Shown: piece by piece, positions 18,542-27,508 of the stretch | Layout: each line of letters starts with the position of its first letter | Numbering within the stretch: the stretch's first letter is position 1 | Source of the DNA: a virus | Virus record (IMG/VR): IMGVR_UViG_3300021197_001584 | Span: 15,472-79,471 of that record | Length of the DNA: 64,000 nucleotides | Strand: one strand, 5' to 3' | Notes under the pieces: generated by a model | The model's database searches: none | What the model was told of the DNA's origin: nothing | The model's input: the letters and a program-made list of their open reading frames with translations, nothing else | Position numbers and translations under genes: made by a program

Positions 18542-18567
18542 AAAAAACCTTGCCGAAGCAAGGTTTT
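18542..18567 (-). terminator. Intrinsic terminator
   Basis: AAAACCTTGC-TTCG-GCAAGGTTTTTT; C(UUCG)G tetraloop. Confidence 0.85.
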
Positions 18568-18586
18568 GTAAGTAATCGATTATGAA

Positions 18587-19042
18587 TTAGTAGTATTCGT
18601 AACCTTGACCCGTGAATGGTCCGCTCATGGTGTAACCCGCTGTCTCTATAGCATATTTTGTCCAATCAAAGGTGTTATCCATCTGAACTGCATCAGTTGT
18701 GCGATTGCCTTCTTGGGCTGTGTGCTCACCGTTCGAGCGCCAATGTAAATCAATAGTTTCCCCTGCAGATGCACTGTCTTCATGGCGATAAGGAATTTGA
18801 AAACTAACTTCCCAAACGGTCTCATCGTAATTGTCATCAATTCTACAATCGTCCATTTTTAATTCACCAATAGAAGCAACTCTTTCTGTAAATTCAGAGC
18901 CTTTTAACTGCATGAATAGTCCATTCGCCCATTCTTGAGCTGCTTGTTTGTGCTCTGGAGGACATTCCTCTTCGTTTTCCATCATTACTCTTTCGAGTTC
19001 TTCTTTGATGATTCTTTTTAATGTTTCTTTTGTAAGTTTCAT
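18587..19042 (-). CDS. Hypothetical protein with MKLTK leader
   Basis: Begins MKLTKETLKRIIKEELERVMME; own late motif, SD and terminator. Confidence 0.7.
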   Translation of the reverse strand: MKLTKETLKRIIKEELERVMMENEEECPPEHKQAAQEWANGLFMQLKGSEFTERVASIGELKMDDCRIDDNYDETVWEVSFQIPYRHEDSASAGETIDLHWRSNGEHTAQEGNRTTDAVQMDNTFDWTKYAIETAGYTMSGPFTGQGYEYY

Positions 19043-19107
19043 TTGTGGACTCCTAAGTCTTTCGTTTGACGATCTTCACTTAAATAGTCACCAAACATCT
19101 ATAATGC

Positions 19108-19133
19108 AAAAAAAACCTCTCCGAAGAGAGGTT
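19108..19133 (-). terminator. Intrinsic terminator after the tRNA
   Basis: AACCTCTC-TTCG-GAGAGGTT followed by a T run. Confidence 0.85.
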
Positions 19134-19176
19134 AAGAGGAGGCGTGAGAGCTCCGATGAACCTAGGTTCTAAAAGA

Positions 19177-19252
19177 TGGTGGAGATGAGGAGAGTCGAAC
19201 TCCTGACCCCTTGCGTGCAAAGCAAGTGCTCTCCCAACTGAGCTACACCCCC
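19177..19252 (-). tRNA. tRNA-Ala(UGC)
   Basis: 76-nt cloverleaf; acceptor GGGGGTG/CATCTCC with G3:U70; anticodon loop TT-TGC-AC; GTTCGA T-loop; encoded CCA. Confidence 0.96.
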
Positions 19253-19261
19253 ACATCACTT

Positions 19262-20095
19262 TTAAATAGTGTGTGTCAGTACATTTGGAATCTTTTCTTT
19301 CTGTGTCTTGAGGATCTCGCGATATCGAGAAACAACTCTGAAATAAGCGCTCGAATTGCTTCTAAGCAGCCAAGAATGCAATTGAGCGAATGTTTGAGTT
19401 TGGCTATGCTCTACCATTCCGTAGTGCTTCGAAAGCAAACGTAGTGCATCCTCGGGGGTCGTAATTGTCCATTCTTTAGACTTCTTCTCTTTAATTCCAC
19501 TGAAGTGATTAAACGTATATCCAATCTCAGAGAATAATGCGACAAGAAATTGCGTGCGGTGTAGTCCTTTTAGACTTATCTCACCATGAGAATAGTAAGA
19601 CCATCGCAACCAGTCGACGTCTCCGACCATCCAATCTATTTGAACATAGTCTCCAGTTGGGCCGTTCTCATCATGTTGTTCAAAACAAGTGAAGATGTTA
19701 CCAGCCGTCACTCTATCGTTTACTTGTATGTTATTCTCCGCAAGTTTTGCGGCGATTAGGGTTAACAAAGCACGCATCTTGCTCATTTGTTGAGTCGCAG
19801 TCCTTGCTCTTTTGTCAATCTTTAAATAAAGAAGGTTCCAGTCTTCCCAATCAACATCCCACTTTTCCAACTCTGTGCTCGTGAATGATCGAACTATGTG
19901 CAATGCATCGATTGCAAGATCAAGATCGCCTGATATTTCCTTCTTGCCTGCTGAACCTACTGGTTCGAAGAATGTTAGAGAGTGCTCTTTCATTGGAAAG
20001 ATTTCCCCTAGAGCCTTGGTGTAGGCCTTGATTGTTGGTTCGATCCTATCTCTAGGAATTGATGTTGCTGTGCTTTTAAAGATGTTACCACCCAT
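19262..20095 (-). CDS. Pol-beta-superfamily nucleotidyltransferase-like protein
   Basis: VGSAG...SGDLDLAI and VQIDWM; start ATG 20095 after GGAGG; promoter TTGACA-17-TAAGTT at 20118-20146. Confidence 0.7.
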   Translation of the reverse strand: MGGNIFKSTATSIPRDRIEPTIKAYTKALGEIFPMKEHSLTFFEPVGSAGKKEISGDLDLAIDALHIVRSFTSTELEKWDVDWEDWNLLYLKIDKRARTATQQMSKMRALLTLIAAKLAENNIQVNDRVTAGNIFTCFEQHDENGPTGDYVQIDWMVGDVDWLRWSYYSHGEISLKGLHRTQFLVALFSEIGYTFNHFSGIKEKKSKEWTITTPEDALRLLSKHYGMVEHSQTQTFAQLHSWLLRSNSSAYFRVVSRYREILKTQKEKIPNVLTHTI

Positions 20096-20142
20096 GTTGT
20101 CCTCCGTTGTTTTATATAACTTAACATGTTTCAATTGACTTG

Positions 20143-21078
20143 TCAAATACTTTCTAAAAGTTTTTCGAAAAAATACATTTCATTCTTGATAGGGCTTGAT
20201 GATCCGAGTCTTTGTTTGAACTCTTTCTCTCCCATCTCTGAAACATCTTCTTCGTCGATTGGAACCTTAAAGACTTCAAGGTCATACTTAAGCATGGATT
20301 TAATGATCCACTCAGCTTTCTTCTCGGCGTCATAATCAAGAGCCATATAGACTGGTGTGTCATGGATGGCGATTGCTTGGAACAAGCGTGACTGCTCTCT
20401 AAGAGTTGAGCCAAGAATCGGGATGGCGTTACCTCCGGCTGCGATTGCATCGAAGACACCTTCGACGAGAACGATTGGCTCGTCCCAGTCAATCATCAGT
20501 TCGTTAAATACGATATCACGATCCGCTGGAGGGTTGAGGTACCTATAAGAATGCCCAACGTAACTGCGAGCGATGAAGTAATTGCAATCTCCATCCACGT
20601 CAAACGACGGTATAATAACTCTTCCTGCATAACGGCCCTCCTTACAATAGCCAATCTTCCATTTTAATATTTCTCTCCGACCAATCCCTCGAGATGATAA
20701 ATAGCGGAACACATCCGTTGTCTCTATTGGCAGGTCTTTGTTGCATAGTGAGATGAACTCTTCGGGTAAAGCGATGTGTTGCTTCTCTTCTATGTTGTGT
20801 AATTCTTTGAACAAATCGTCAAACTCGTTTAGATCGAGCCTGCCTTGTAGTTCAAGATACTTTTGTCGTTGCTGGTAGTTGCCGAACTTTCTTACAATTC
20901 GGTAAATGTTCTTGCCTCTTGCATCACAAATCCAGCATTTCCAGTAGCCGTTTGCGAAGTTCACCGACATTTTCTTTTTGTGGTGATTGCAATAAGGGCA
21001 ATGATACAAATGTTCGTCGCCCTTTTGATAGTAACTCCCAAGAACTTGGGTTACAATTTGTCTTTTGTCCTCGATCAT
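20143..21078 (-). CDS. DNA primase (DnaG-type)
   Basis: CPYC...CWIC Zn finger; YLxxRGI; TOPRIM VEGVFD and LDYD; start ATG 21078 after CAGGAGG. Confidence 0.9.
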   Translation of the reverse strand: MIEDKRQIVTQVLGSYYQKGDEHLYHCPYCNHHKKKMSVNFANGYWKCWICDARGKNIYRIVRKFGNYQQRQKYLELQGRLDLNEFDDLFKELHNIEEKQHIALPEEFISLCNKDLPIETTDVFRYLSSRGIGRREILKWKIGYCKEGRYAGRVIIPSFDVDGDCNYFIARSYVGHSYRYLNPPADRDIVFNELMIDWDEPIVLVEGVFDAIAAGGNAIPILGSTLREQSRLFQAIAIHDTPVYMALDYDAEKKAEWIIKSMLKYDLEVFKVPIDEEDVSEMGEKEFKQRLGSSSPIKNEMYFFEKLLESI

Positions 21079-21095
21079 AATGTCCTCCTGTTTAT

Positions 21096-21124
21096 AATGT
21101 AACACGTCACAGAAGGTTTGTCAA
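21096..21124 (-). promoter_or_regulatory. Sigma70-type early promoter for primase
   Basis: TTGACA-17-TACATT with extended TG. Confidence 0.8.
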
Positions 21125-21633
21125 GTAAAAAGTGCCCTAACGTCTTCTTCATTAACTCCGTCGGGCAAAAACTTTGAGATTGGGGTATTGTTTCTCAACG
21201 CCGCTCGGAAGTCGGTTGCAGATAGATCGTCAGTCATCTGGAACATTGGAGCCGTTACGTAATTATCATTTCCATAAAAGTAATCGCCAAATGATGCTTG
21301 ATAGTTACAATCTTTGCCGGAGCAACCAAGACCGAACTTAGCATCTTCATTCTCATCACCCCAGTCAAAGCAATCCGCCAAAGGGTTCGTGTAGGTCTTC
21401 TTCTTGCCCTCTCTAATCTTCGCACGTCGATAGTCTAGCTTAGGGTGCTCCATCAATCCATAAAGGCTTAGAATGGCTTCTGTTTGCTCTAACGTGATGT
21501 TGTCTCGAGACTTATCTCCGCAAAACAAGATGACCTTTTCGACCTCGGGATTATCAAGATAAAACTTGATGTAGTCGTAGTGGCCTTTGTGTGGCGGCTT
21601 GAAACCACCGGGAATTAAAATTGTATATTGCAT
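21121..21633 (-). CDS. HIGH-motif cytidylyl/adenylyltransferase-like protein
   Basis: GGFKPPHKGH and LSATDFR motifs; start ATG 21633 after GGAGG; promoter at 21654-21682. Confidence 0.75.
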   Translation of the reverse strand: MQYTILIPGGFKPPHKGHYDYIKFYLDNPEVEKVILFCGDKSRDNITLEQTEAILSLYGLMEHPKLDYRRAKIREGKKKTYTNPLADCFDWGDENEDAKFGLGCSGKDCNYQASFGDYFYGNDNYVTAPMFQMTDDLSATDFRAALRNNTPISKFLPDGVNEEDVRALFT

Positions 21634-21692
21634 GTGTCCTCCATGATGTTTATAATGTAACACGTTTTGAGGAGCTTGTCAAGTTAAAAGTT

Positions 21693-22211
21693 TTATTTTT
21701 CTCGAACATCAAAATGAGACATCGCAACAATGATTGCATCTGCTTCATCATCAAGTCCCGGCTTTGGATTTCCATGTCTTGTGTAGACCATTTCAAACTG
21801 ATCGATGTTGTTATCGACCCACTCAAGGACGACAACCTTTGCCTTTGTTCCTCTTGGGACCTTAATGCCGCATCTAGAGCGTGCTGTAGTGGCTCCAACA
21901 AGCGTTGGAGGTTTGCCTAGGTGTTGATAGGCCAAGAGACTTACCATCCCGTTAAACCTCTGTAGAGAGCTCATAGTCTTTGCTGTTGTCTTTCCACCAG
22001 AAAACATTGAGAACGGCTCTTCGATTCTGACTTCGTTGATTTGATACTTTGCAAAGAGAGGCTCAAGGACTTTCTGCTCTAGAGACTCTGCTCGTTCTTC
22101 TAAAGGTGTCTTTGGTTTGGTCTTGAAGAAGTCTGAATCAACATATTCTCCGTCGTCCGTGATTATTGCCCAGCCAATTCTTGTGGTTGAGACATCTAGT
22201 CCTAAAATCAT
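21693..22211 (-). CDS. ruvC: Holliday junction resolvase, RuvC-like
   Basis: ILGLD, IEEP, DEADAI acidic catalytic motifs; start ATG 22211 after GGAG. Confidence 0.85.
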   Translation of the reverse strand: MILGLDVSTTRIGWAIITDDGEYVDSDFFKTKPKTPLEERAESLEQKVLEPLFAKYQINEVRIEEPFSMFSGGKTTAKTMSSLQRFNGMVSLLAYQHLGKPPTLVGATTARSRCGIKVPRGTKAKVVVLEWVDNNIDQFEMVYTRHGNPKPGLDDEADAIIVAMSHFDVREK

Positions 22212-22266
22212 TTTAGCTCCGATTGTTCTGTTTCTAATCATTTTAGTCAAAAAGTAACAGTTTTTG

Positions 22267-22352
22267 TTGACATATTTAAAATAATATGTTATAATATAAG
22301 TATAGTATTGGTAAGATAATATAAGTATAACATATTAAAAGGAGTATATCAA
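22267..22352. promoter_or_regulatory. AT-rich intergenic element with two face-to-face sigma70 promoters and repeats
   Basis: + strand TTGACA(22267)-17-TATAAT(22290); - strand TTGATA(22352)-17-TATACT(22324); 14-bp direct repeat ATAATATAAGTATA. Confidence 0.75.
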
Positions 22353-22357
22353 GTAAA

Positions 22358-23431
22358 TTATAGATCTATTTTCATTTTAAATAAATATTCTTTAGCTTCT
22401 GTTTTTCTTATTGGAGTAGCTAACTTACATACACCTACTAGTCTTCTATGTTCATCATAGAGACAGATCTTAGATATGTACGTTTCTTTCTGAAAAGGAG
22501 GCTCCACATCAGTTTGTTCTGATGGAACTACGTTCTTTACTTTGCGTCGTTTCTCGATGAACTCATAAGATGAAGTGTGATAGTGAACAAACGGATTTTC
22601 AGACTGTTGAAGGTAAGTTGGGTTGTTCGAGTGATTAAGCATGCCTTCAGGTGCTTTTGCTAAGATTGTCATGTTTTGAAACTGCGACACTCCTTGAAAG
22701 TCTAGAGCAAATGACACTTCTCCTGCAGCATTCAAGTCTGCAAAATCTGTCCATGCATAGTTAGCCGCATTGATTGTGGCAACGGTGTCTGTATTGTTCA
22801 AGAGGATCACTCCTTCGTCATAGAGGATGTTCCCTACAATGTTTCCATCGTGAACTAGTTCTCCTCTCCGATTTGAATCTGTAGCTTCCACAGACAAGAT
22901 TCCTTCGTCAAAAATCTTTAAACTTAAAGATCCTTTCTTGATTGATGAACCATAAAAGATAGATGGAATGTTGATCATTGTCACATCCGATTGATAATTT
23001 GCATAGTCAAATGATTGAGACCAAAACGCATAGTGATTTAGAGATGACCTAAGTGCTCTGAGTTTGGCAGATGGAGAAGTCATCGTTTCTCTCGAGATCG
23101 AAGCGGACATATTATAAGATCCGGTTATAACCTCGCCATCGTAATTGAATTCCGTGTTCCATGATGTTTTCGAGATAGACTTGAAAGTCTGCTTGTGACC
23201 ACCTTTTGTAATGAAGGGGTGGATGAGCTCGCTTGGATCTCGATTGACATTGTATTCAAATAGAGAAACATAGCCTTCAGGGACGCCAAGAATGTTGTCA
23301 GAGTAAGTTCCCGACACTGCTTGATGGTTGTTTAGATAAATGTTTCCATCGTGCACATAGAAGCTCTGCTGAGGGTTAGTCTCGATTGTGTTGACAAATA
23401 CGTCATTGTCCTTTAGTTCAAAATAAGACAT
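22358..23431 (-). CDS. Baseplate/tail structural protein
   Basis: Paralog of 23445..24515 (IKKxS/T, N[HY]S[NS]NPTY, YI[ST]xxxLY...KL); in the tail block. Confidence 0.65.
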   Translation of the reverse strand: MSYFELKDNDVFVNTIETNPQQSFYVHDGNIYLNNHQAVSGTYSDNILGVPEGYVSLFEYNVNRDPSELIHPFITKGGHKQTFKSISKTSWNTEFNYDGEVITGSYNMSASISRETMTSPSAKLRALRSSLNHYAFWSQSFDYANYQSDVTMINIPSIFYGSSIKKGSLSLKIFDEGILSVEATDSNRRGELVHDGNIVGNILYDEGVILLNNTDTVATINAANYAWTDFADLNAAGEVSFALDFQGVSQFQNMTILAKAPEGMLNHSNNPTYLQQSENPFVHYHTSSYEFIEKRRKVKNVVPSEQTDVEPPFQKETYISKICLYDEHRRLVGVCKLATPIRKTEAKEYLFKMKIDL

Positions 23432-23444
23432 GAGCCCTCCGAAA

Positions 23445-24515
23445 TTAGTAGTCGAGACGAGCGCGGATTGTAAATTCTGTGCTTGGTGATTTCTTCAATG
23501 CTTCCGATAGTTTAGCTGTTGCCAACAATTCGTTACGGTCATTATAGAGACCAACGGTTGTGATGTAAGCAACTGGCTCATCTGTTGATTGTGTCTTGAC
23601 TCGAACTCTCGAGTCCTCTGTGTAAGTTGGGTTCGATGAATAGTTGAACTCGTTATGATTAACACGACAGAAGTAAACAGTTGAGTTCAATTCGGTTGTG
23701 TTGTTGAATTGGATGTTTTCGATTCTGTGAAGCAATCCGTTTCCACAATTATCAATCGAAGTATCGGCAAGGGCATCATCCAAGTCAACACCGCCATAGA
23801 AATCAGTTGGAGCAGATGTTAACAAACTACTGAAAACAGAACCAGTTAAAACAACAATCCCTGCTTGGTAAAAAATTAATCCACATTTAGATGCTTGAGT
23901 GCCCAAGGGAGTTCCATTGGCATAAAGAATACCGTAATCCCCAGCTGGTGAGTTTACTCGATATTCTGTAGATGCACTGGTGTCAGTAATTGTCACAAGG
24001 TCTGTGCTTGGAAATTGACCACCTGCTACGTAAGTTGCAACGTCAACTGTCATTGAAAATGTCTCTTTCTTGATTTCGTCTTTTACAAGAAGTCGAGAAA
24101 AGGGAAGAACAAAAACTTCCTTCATTTTATCAGTTGTGCTTCCATATAGGTCTCCGTCTTCATCGAACAATTGAACAGAACCGGTAAGGTCGTAACCCAT
24201 TAAGAGTTGCGCCATTTGGCCATAGATATTGTTCTTTTTAGATTGCATTCCATTGGTGCTAATGCTTAGAGCACTCTGAGAAGAGATTCCACATGTGACA
24301 TCGAAGATGTGGTTTGCCGAGGAACTTAGGTAATTGTAATCGTAAACTGTCTGAAACATTCCATGTGGATAACTTTTTAAATTTGTTGGGACTACTGGGT
24401 TCACGTTGGTGTTGACATATGACCCAGAAATAATTGATCCAGTCAAGGGGATTGCCTCATGAAGGAGTGTTCGAGTGCTTACAGCATCATTTTCGTTTAG
24501 TGGTTTGAAAGTCAT
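23445..24515 (-). CDS. Baseplate/tail structural protein
   Basis: NEFNYSSNPTY, YITTVGLYNDRNELLATAKL C-terminal motif. Confidence 0.65.
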   Translation of the reverse strand: MTFKPLNENDAVSTRTLLHEAIPLTGSIISGSYVNTNVNPVVPTNLKSYPHGMFQTVYDYNYLSSSANHIFDVTCGISSQSALSISTNGMQSKKNNIYGQMAQLLMGYDLTGSVQLFDEDGDLYGSTTDKMKEVFVLPFSRLLVKDEIKKETFSMTVDVATYVAGGQFPSTDLVTITDTSASTEYRVNSPAGDYGILYANGTPLGTQASKCGLIFYQAGIVVLTGSVFSSLLTSAPTDFYGGVDLDDALADTSIDNCGNGLLHRIENIQFNNTTELNSTVYFCRVNHNEFNYSSNPTYTEDSRVRVKTQSTDEPVAYITTVGLYNDRNELLATAKLSEALKKSPSTEFTIRARLDY

Positions 24516-24525
24516 TTTAGTTTCC

Positions 24526-25482
24526 TTATGCTAATCTTACGTATCTTACTGGGACGTCAATCATCACACCTGTTTTGACACCAGTCAATCGAATGTTTGA
24601 ATCGATGAATAAGCAGTTGTTAGATGGGCTTGAGCCAGCGTCGGCTAAAGTTGTTGTTCCGCCAAGTTGTTCAAATAGGAACGAACTGGTGTTCAAATCC
24701 ATTGAGGATTGGATGCGAAATTCAATTCGAGTGCCGCGTGGCCCACGAATAACTTCTTTAGGGTCCTTGGTGTCGACAGTTATTTCTGAGACAAAAGTAT
24801 CTCCGAGGTCGACGGTGTAGTAGGCAATGTTATCGTCATCAATGTAATCGAATGCTGCGAGAGTTCCTTGAGTGTCAACCAGTTTTCCTAGCCGGTTATC
24901 AATTTGAAGAATGTAGCTAGTTTCTTTAAGATCATCATCTAAACGACGTTTTGGAGAGATCTCCGTTGTATCTAAACCTTGATCTACTTTTATCGATGTT
25001 CCACCAATTGTTTCTCCAAGCATGAAGCCTTGTCGAACACTACCATCAGCTGTCACAGCGACTCCAGTGTCTGTACTTCCACCGTTTCCATCTTCTGTTG
25101 ATGCGTCAACTGCTACAATGAAAGGTCCATCGATTGTTCCATCGCCGTCAAGATCAACTCGCTTGTTCATCTGCAAAGACTCATTGAGTCTCAAGGTTGG
25201 GAGAAACAACAGTTCAAGATTGGTGTAGGTTTGCAATCTTGTCTTCATCGAAGAAGAGTTGTTCGTAAAAGCCTCTAAAATTGGAGTTTGCAAGATCTCA
25301 AGATCGTAGTAGGCGCTACCATTTACGTGCAATTTGTTGTAAAGAGAATAGTCGATCTCTTCATCTCCGAGAGCAAATTTTGTAATTTGAAATGATCCGT
25401 CACCTTTTGCTAAAAGCATTCGACCATGATCGGTGAGAACAACGTCTAAGATGATGTCACCACTGTTATCTAAAAAACCCAT
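24526..25482 (-). CDS. Baseplate/tail structural protein
   Basis: LTDHGRMLLA...ITKFALGDEEIDY N-terminal motif (tail-collar/baseplate-like); late motif upstream. Confidence 0.65.
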   Translation of the reverse strand: MGFLDNSGDIILDVVLTDHGRMLLAKGDGSFQITKFALGDEEIDYSLYNKLHVNGSAYYDLEILQTPILEAFTNNSSSMKTRLQTYTNLELLFLPTLRLNESLQMNKRVDLDGDGTIDGPFIVAVDASTEDGNGGSTDTGVAVTADGSVRQGFMLGETIGGTSIKVDQGLDTTEISPKRRLDDDLKETSYILQIDNRLGKLVDTQGTLAAFDYIDDDNIAYYTVDLGDTFVSEITVDTKDPKEVIRGPRGTRIEFRIQSSMDLNTSSFLFEQLGGTTTLADAGSSPSNNCLFIDSNIRLTGVKTGVMIDVPVRYVRLA

Positions 25483-25523
25483 TGTGTTTTCTCCTAATAT
25501 TTCTTCCCTAAATAGCTCTCTTT

Positions 25524-27506
25524 TTAGAATTCTTCTTTAGTTTTGTTTTTTGTCAGCTCAAAATTGATGTTTAGATCTATGATCTTTCCTGAAGTCTTAG
25601 ATCGAACGCGAAGTTTAATTTTACGCCCCCATACGGACTCTTTTTGAATGCCCAACTTAAGTTCGTCGAGCTTTCCCTTTATCGATGCATTGTCAGATAG
25701 GTTGTTTTGTTCTTCCAAAAACAGCATTTGCTCTACTGCTGGTTTTATTTGCATAATAGATTTGAAATTAGTTCTCGGCTGACTTATAATTCTTTCCGGA
25801 AACTCATAAGTGTCAAGCATCACTTTTGCATCGTCTGCATCCACAACCAATCTTGTTTTGAAAATAGAAGTAGGATTTGAGACTAGTCCTTTCTCGTTGA
25901 CTTGTCGAAACATATAGTAATAGTCTTCGTTGCTATCGACCATATCGCGAAAGATCGCATCAGTTGATCGGTAAGGCATTCTTACTTCCCCAAGCTTTGC
26001 GCTTGAAAAGTCTGCGATAGACTTTGGAGGATAAGATAGTCTGAAGACTTCATAGAGACCTGAATCAACTTCTGTGTGAAACTTGAATTTACCATCTTTC
26101 ATTGAAAAGAATCGCTCCATCAATTGCCGTTGGTCGCTATCGTTCGCTGTTATCTCAACAAAGTCGGACTTAATGCTGTTCTTTGTCGGAGACAAGTAAA
26201 TCTGAATCTCACTATTTGAGTTGTTCTCGGTTTTGAATGTGACCTGCGGGTGCACTGGTGGTGGTTGGATAATCGACTTTGAAACCGTGAATAATTCGAA
26301 TGGCACAACCATTATGCTCGGCCTATTTATGACTTCAGCAGTTGCGTAAGTTATGTCATCTTCTTTATAATAGCGAACATTCCTATAAGAATAAGAGTTC
26401 CCTATGATCATATAATGAGCTTTGACCCTATAAAGGTAAGTTGCACCATATTTTACTTGAGTGTCACTAAACGCAGTTGCTAATGCACCAGCAGGTGCAT
26501 AAATGTTTTGAAGTTTTGCTGAGTCAAGTTCGAACTCATTGAACTTTTCAAATGAATAACAAAGAGCTTCTTTGTGACATTCGATGTTGTTTAAAATGTC
26601 AGAAAAGCCTCTGAAGCCTGTTTTCGTGACACCCTTAATGTAGCCCTTGAAGAGGTGTTTGCGTAGGTCAAGACTCATTTTTGAGGCCTTAGCGTCTTGA
26701 TTTAGACCATAGAAGTTGTCTAAATCAACATTGATGTCAGAATCGAAAAATGATGTAATGTCATATCCCATAACCTCCGCTTCTTCTCTTACGATTCTAC
26801 CATCTTGAATGTTGAATTGTAAAGCTGTTTTATCAGATTGTAAATAATCATTTAATACTTCATCGTAGATTGAGATCTTCTGGAGAAACTTTGAAATGTC
26901 CCCTCTTACTCCATCGTTGATACCTATGTGCACCTTATAGGGAGCGGACTTGGAAAATTTGTCTTGAGATCCTTGAGGAACAACAAAGTTCTTCATTTGA
27001 TCTCCTCTCGAGAATGTGCTTAGCCTAGAGTTTTTGCGCTTCTTAAAGTTCAAGATCTCGTCTTGTGTACATTCGTCCAAAAAGGAGTTGAGATTATGCT
27101 CGGGGATGCTGACTTGTAGGTCATCGTAATCCTGCGAGACATAGTTGAATTGCGCGTCTATTGAGTACGTTGGGGTTGCTTGTGTTATGTTTCCTTGATC
27201 TATTGAGTTTAAGTCGACCATTTTTACGACCGAGGTAACGTGATTGCTGGTAGTTCGACCGCTACTGAGTGCTGAAGCGATTGTAGATCTTTTCCCATCA
27301 ACAGCAGTGACTTTGATTTTTGCTATTTCATAAATGTTTTCGTCGTCTTCAATCATTTCACTAGACAGCATGTGGATTTTGACTTTCATGTCTTTTGAGT
27401 TTTCAATCTTGCTATCGTTGTTGCCTGATTGTGTTACGACTTTCGCTTTTCCGAATGCTTGCAATAGTGGGTCGATTCTGAAATCTGCAATCTTAAGTTT
27501 CGCCAT
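25524..27506 (-). CDS. Hypothetical virion protein
   Basis: 660 aa; FN3-like D..VKYG.TY.YRV segments; in the tail block. Confidence 0.55.
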   Translation of the reverse strand: MAKLKIADFRIDPLLQAFGKAKVVTQSGNNDSKIENSKDMKVKIHMLSSEMIEDDENIYEIAKIKVTAVDGKRSTIASALSSGRTTSNHVTSVVKMVDLNSIDQGNITQATPTYSIDAQFNYVSQDYDDLQVSIPEHNLNSFLDECTQDEILNFKKRKNSRLSTFSRGDQMKNFVVPQGSQDKFSKSAPYKVHIGINDGVRGDISKFLQKISIYDEVLNDYLQSDKTALQFNIQDGRIVREEAEVMGYDITSFFDSDINVDLDNFYGLNQDAKASKMSLDLRKHLFKGYIKGVTKTGFRGFSDILNNIECHKEALCYSFEKFNEFELDSAKLQNIYAPAGALATAFSDTQVKYGATYLYRVKAHYMIIGNSYSYRNVRYYKEDDITYATAEVINRPSIMVVPFELFTVSKSIIQPPPVHPQVTFKTENNSNSEIQIYLSPTKNSIKSDFVEITANDSDQRQLMERFFSMKDGKFKFHTEVDSGLYEVFRLSYPPKSIADFSSAKLGEVRMPYRSTDAIFRDMVDSNEDYYYMFRQVNEKGLVSNPTSIFKTRLVVDADDAKVMLDTYEFPERIISQPRTNFKSIMQIKPAVEQMLFLEEQNNLSDNASIKGKLDELKLGIQKESVWGRKIKLRVRSKTSGKIIDLNINFELTKNKTKEEF

Positions 27507-27508
27507 GG

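Noticed and set aside
19134-19176. Possible ribozyme or ncRNA in the tRNA 3' trailer (palindrome GAACCTAGGTTC)
   Set aside because: Only about 43 nt with one short palindrome; I could not build an HDV-like or other known fold
21079-21663. Shared N-terminus MLHYK... on the primase and HIGH-protein ORFs, resembling a second leader peptide
   Set aside because: It is the translation of the conserved promoter (GTGTTACATTATAAA); the real starts follow GGAGG SDs at 21078 and 21633
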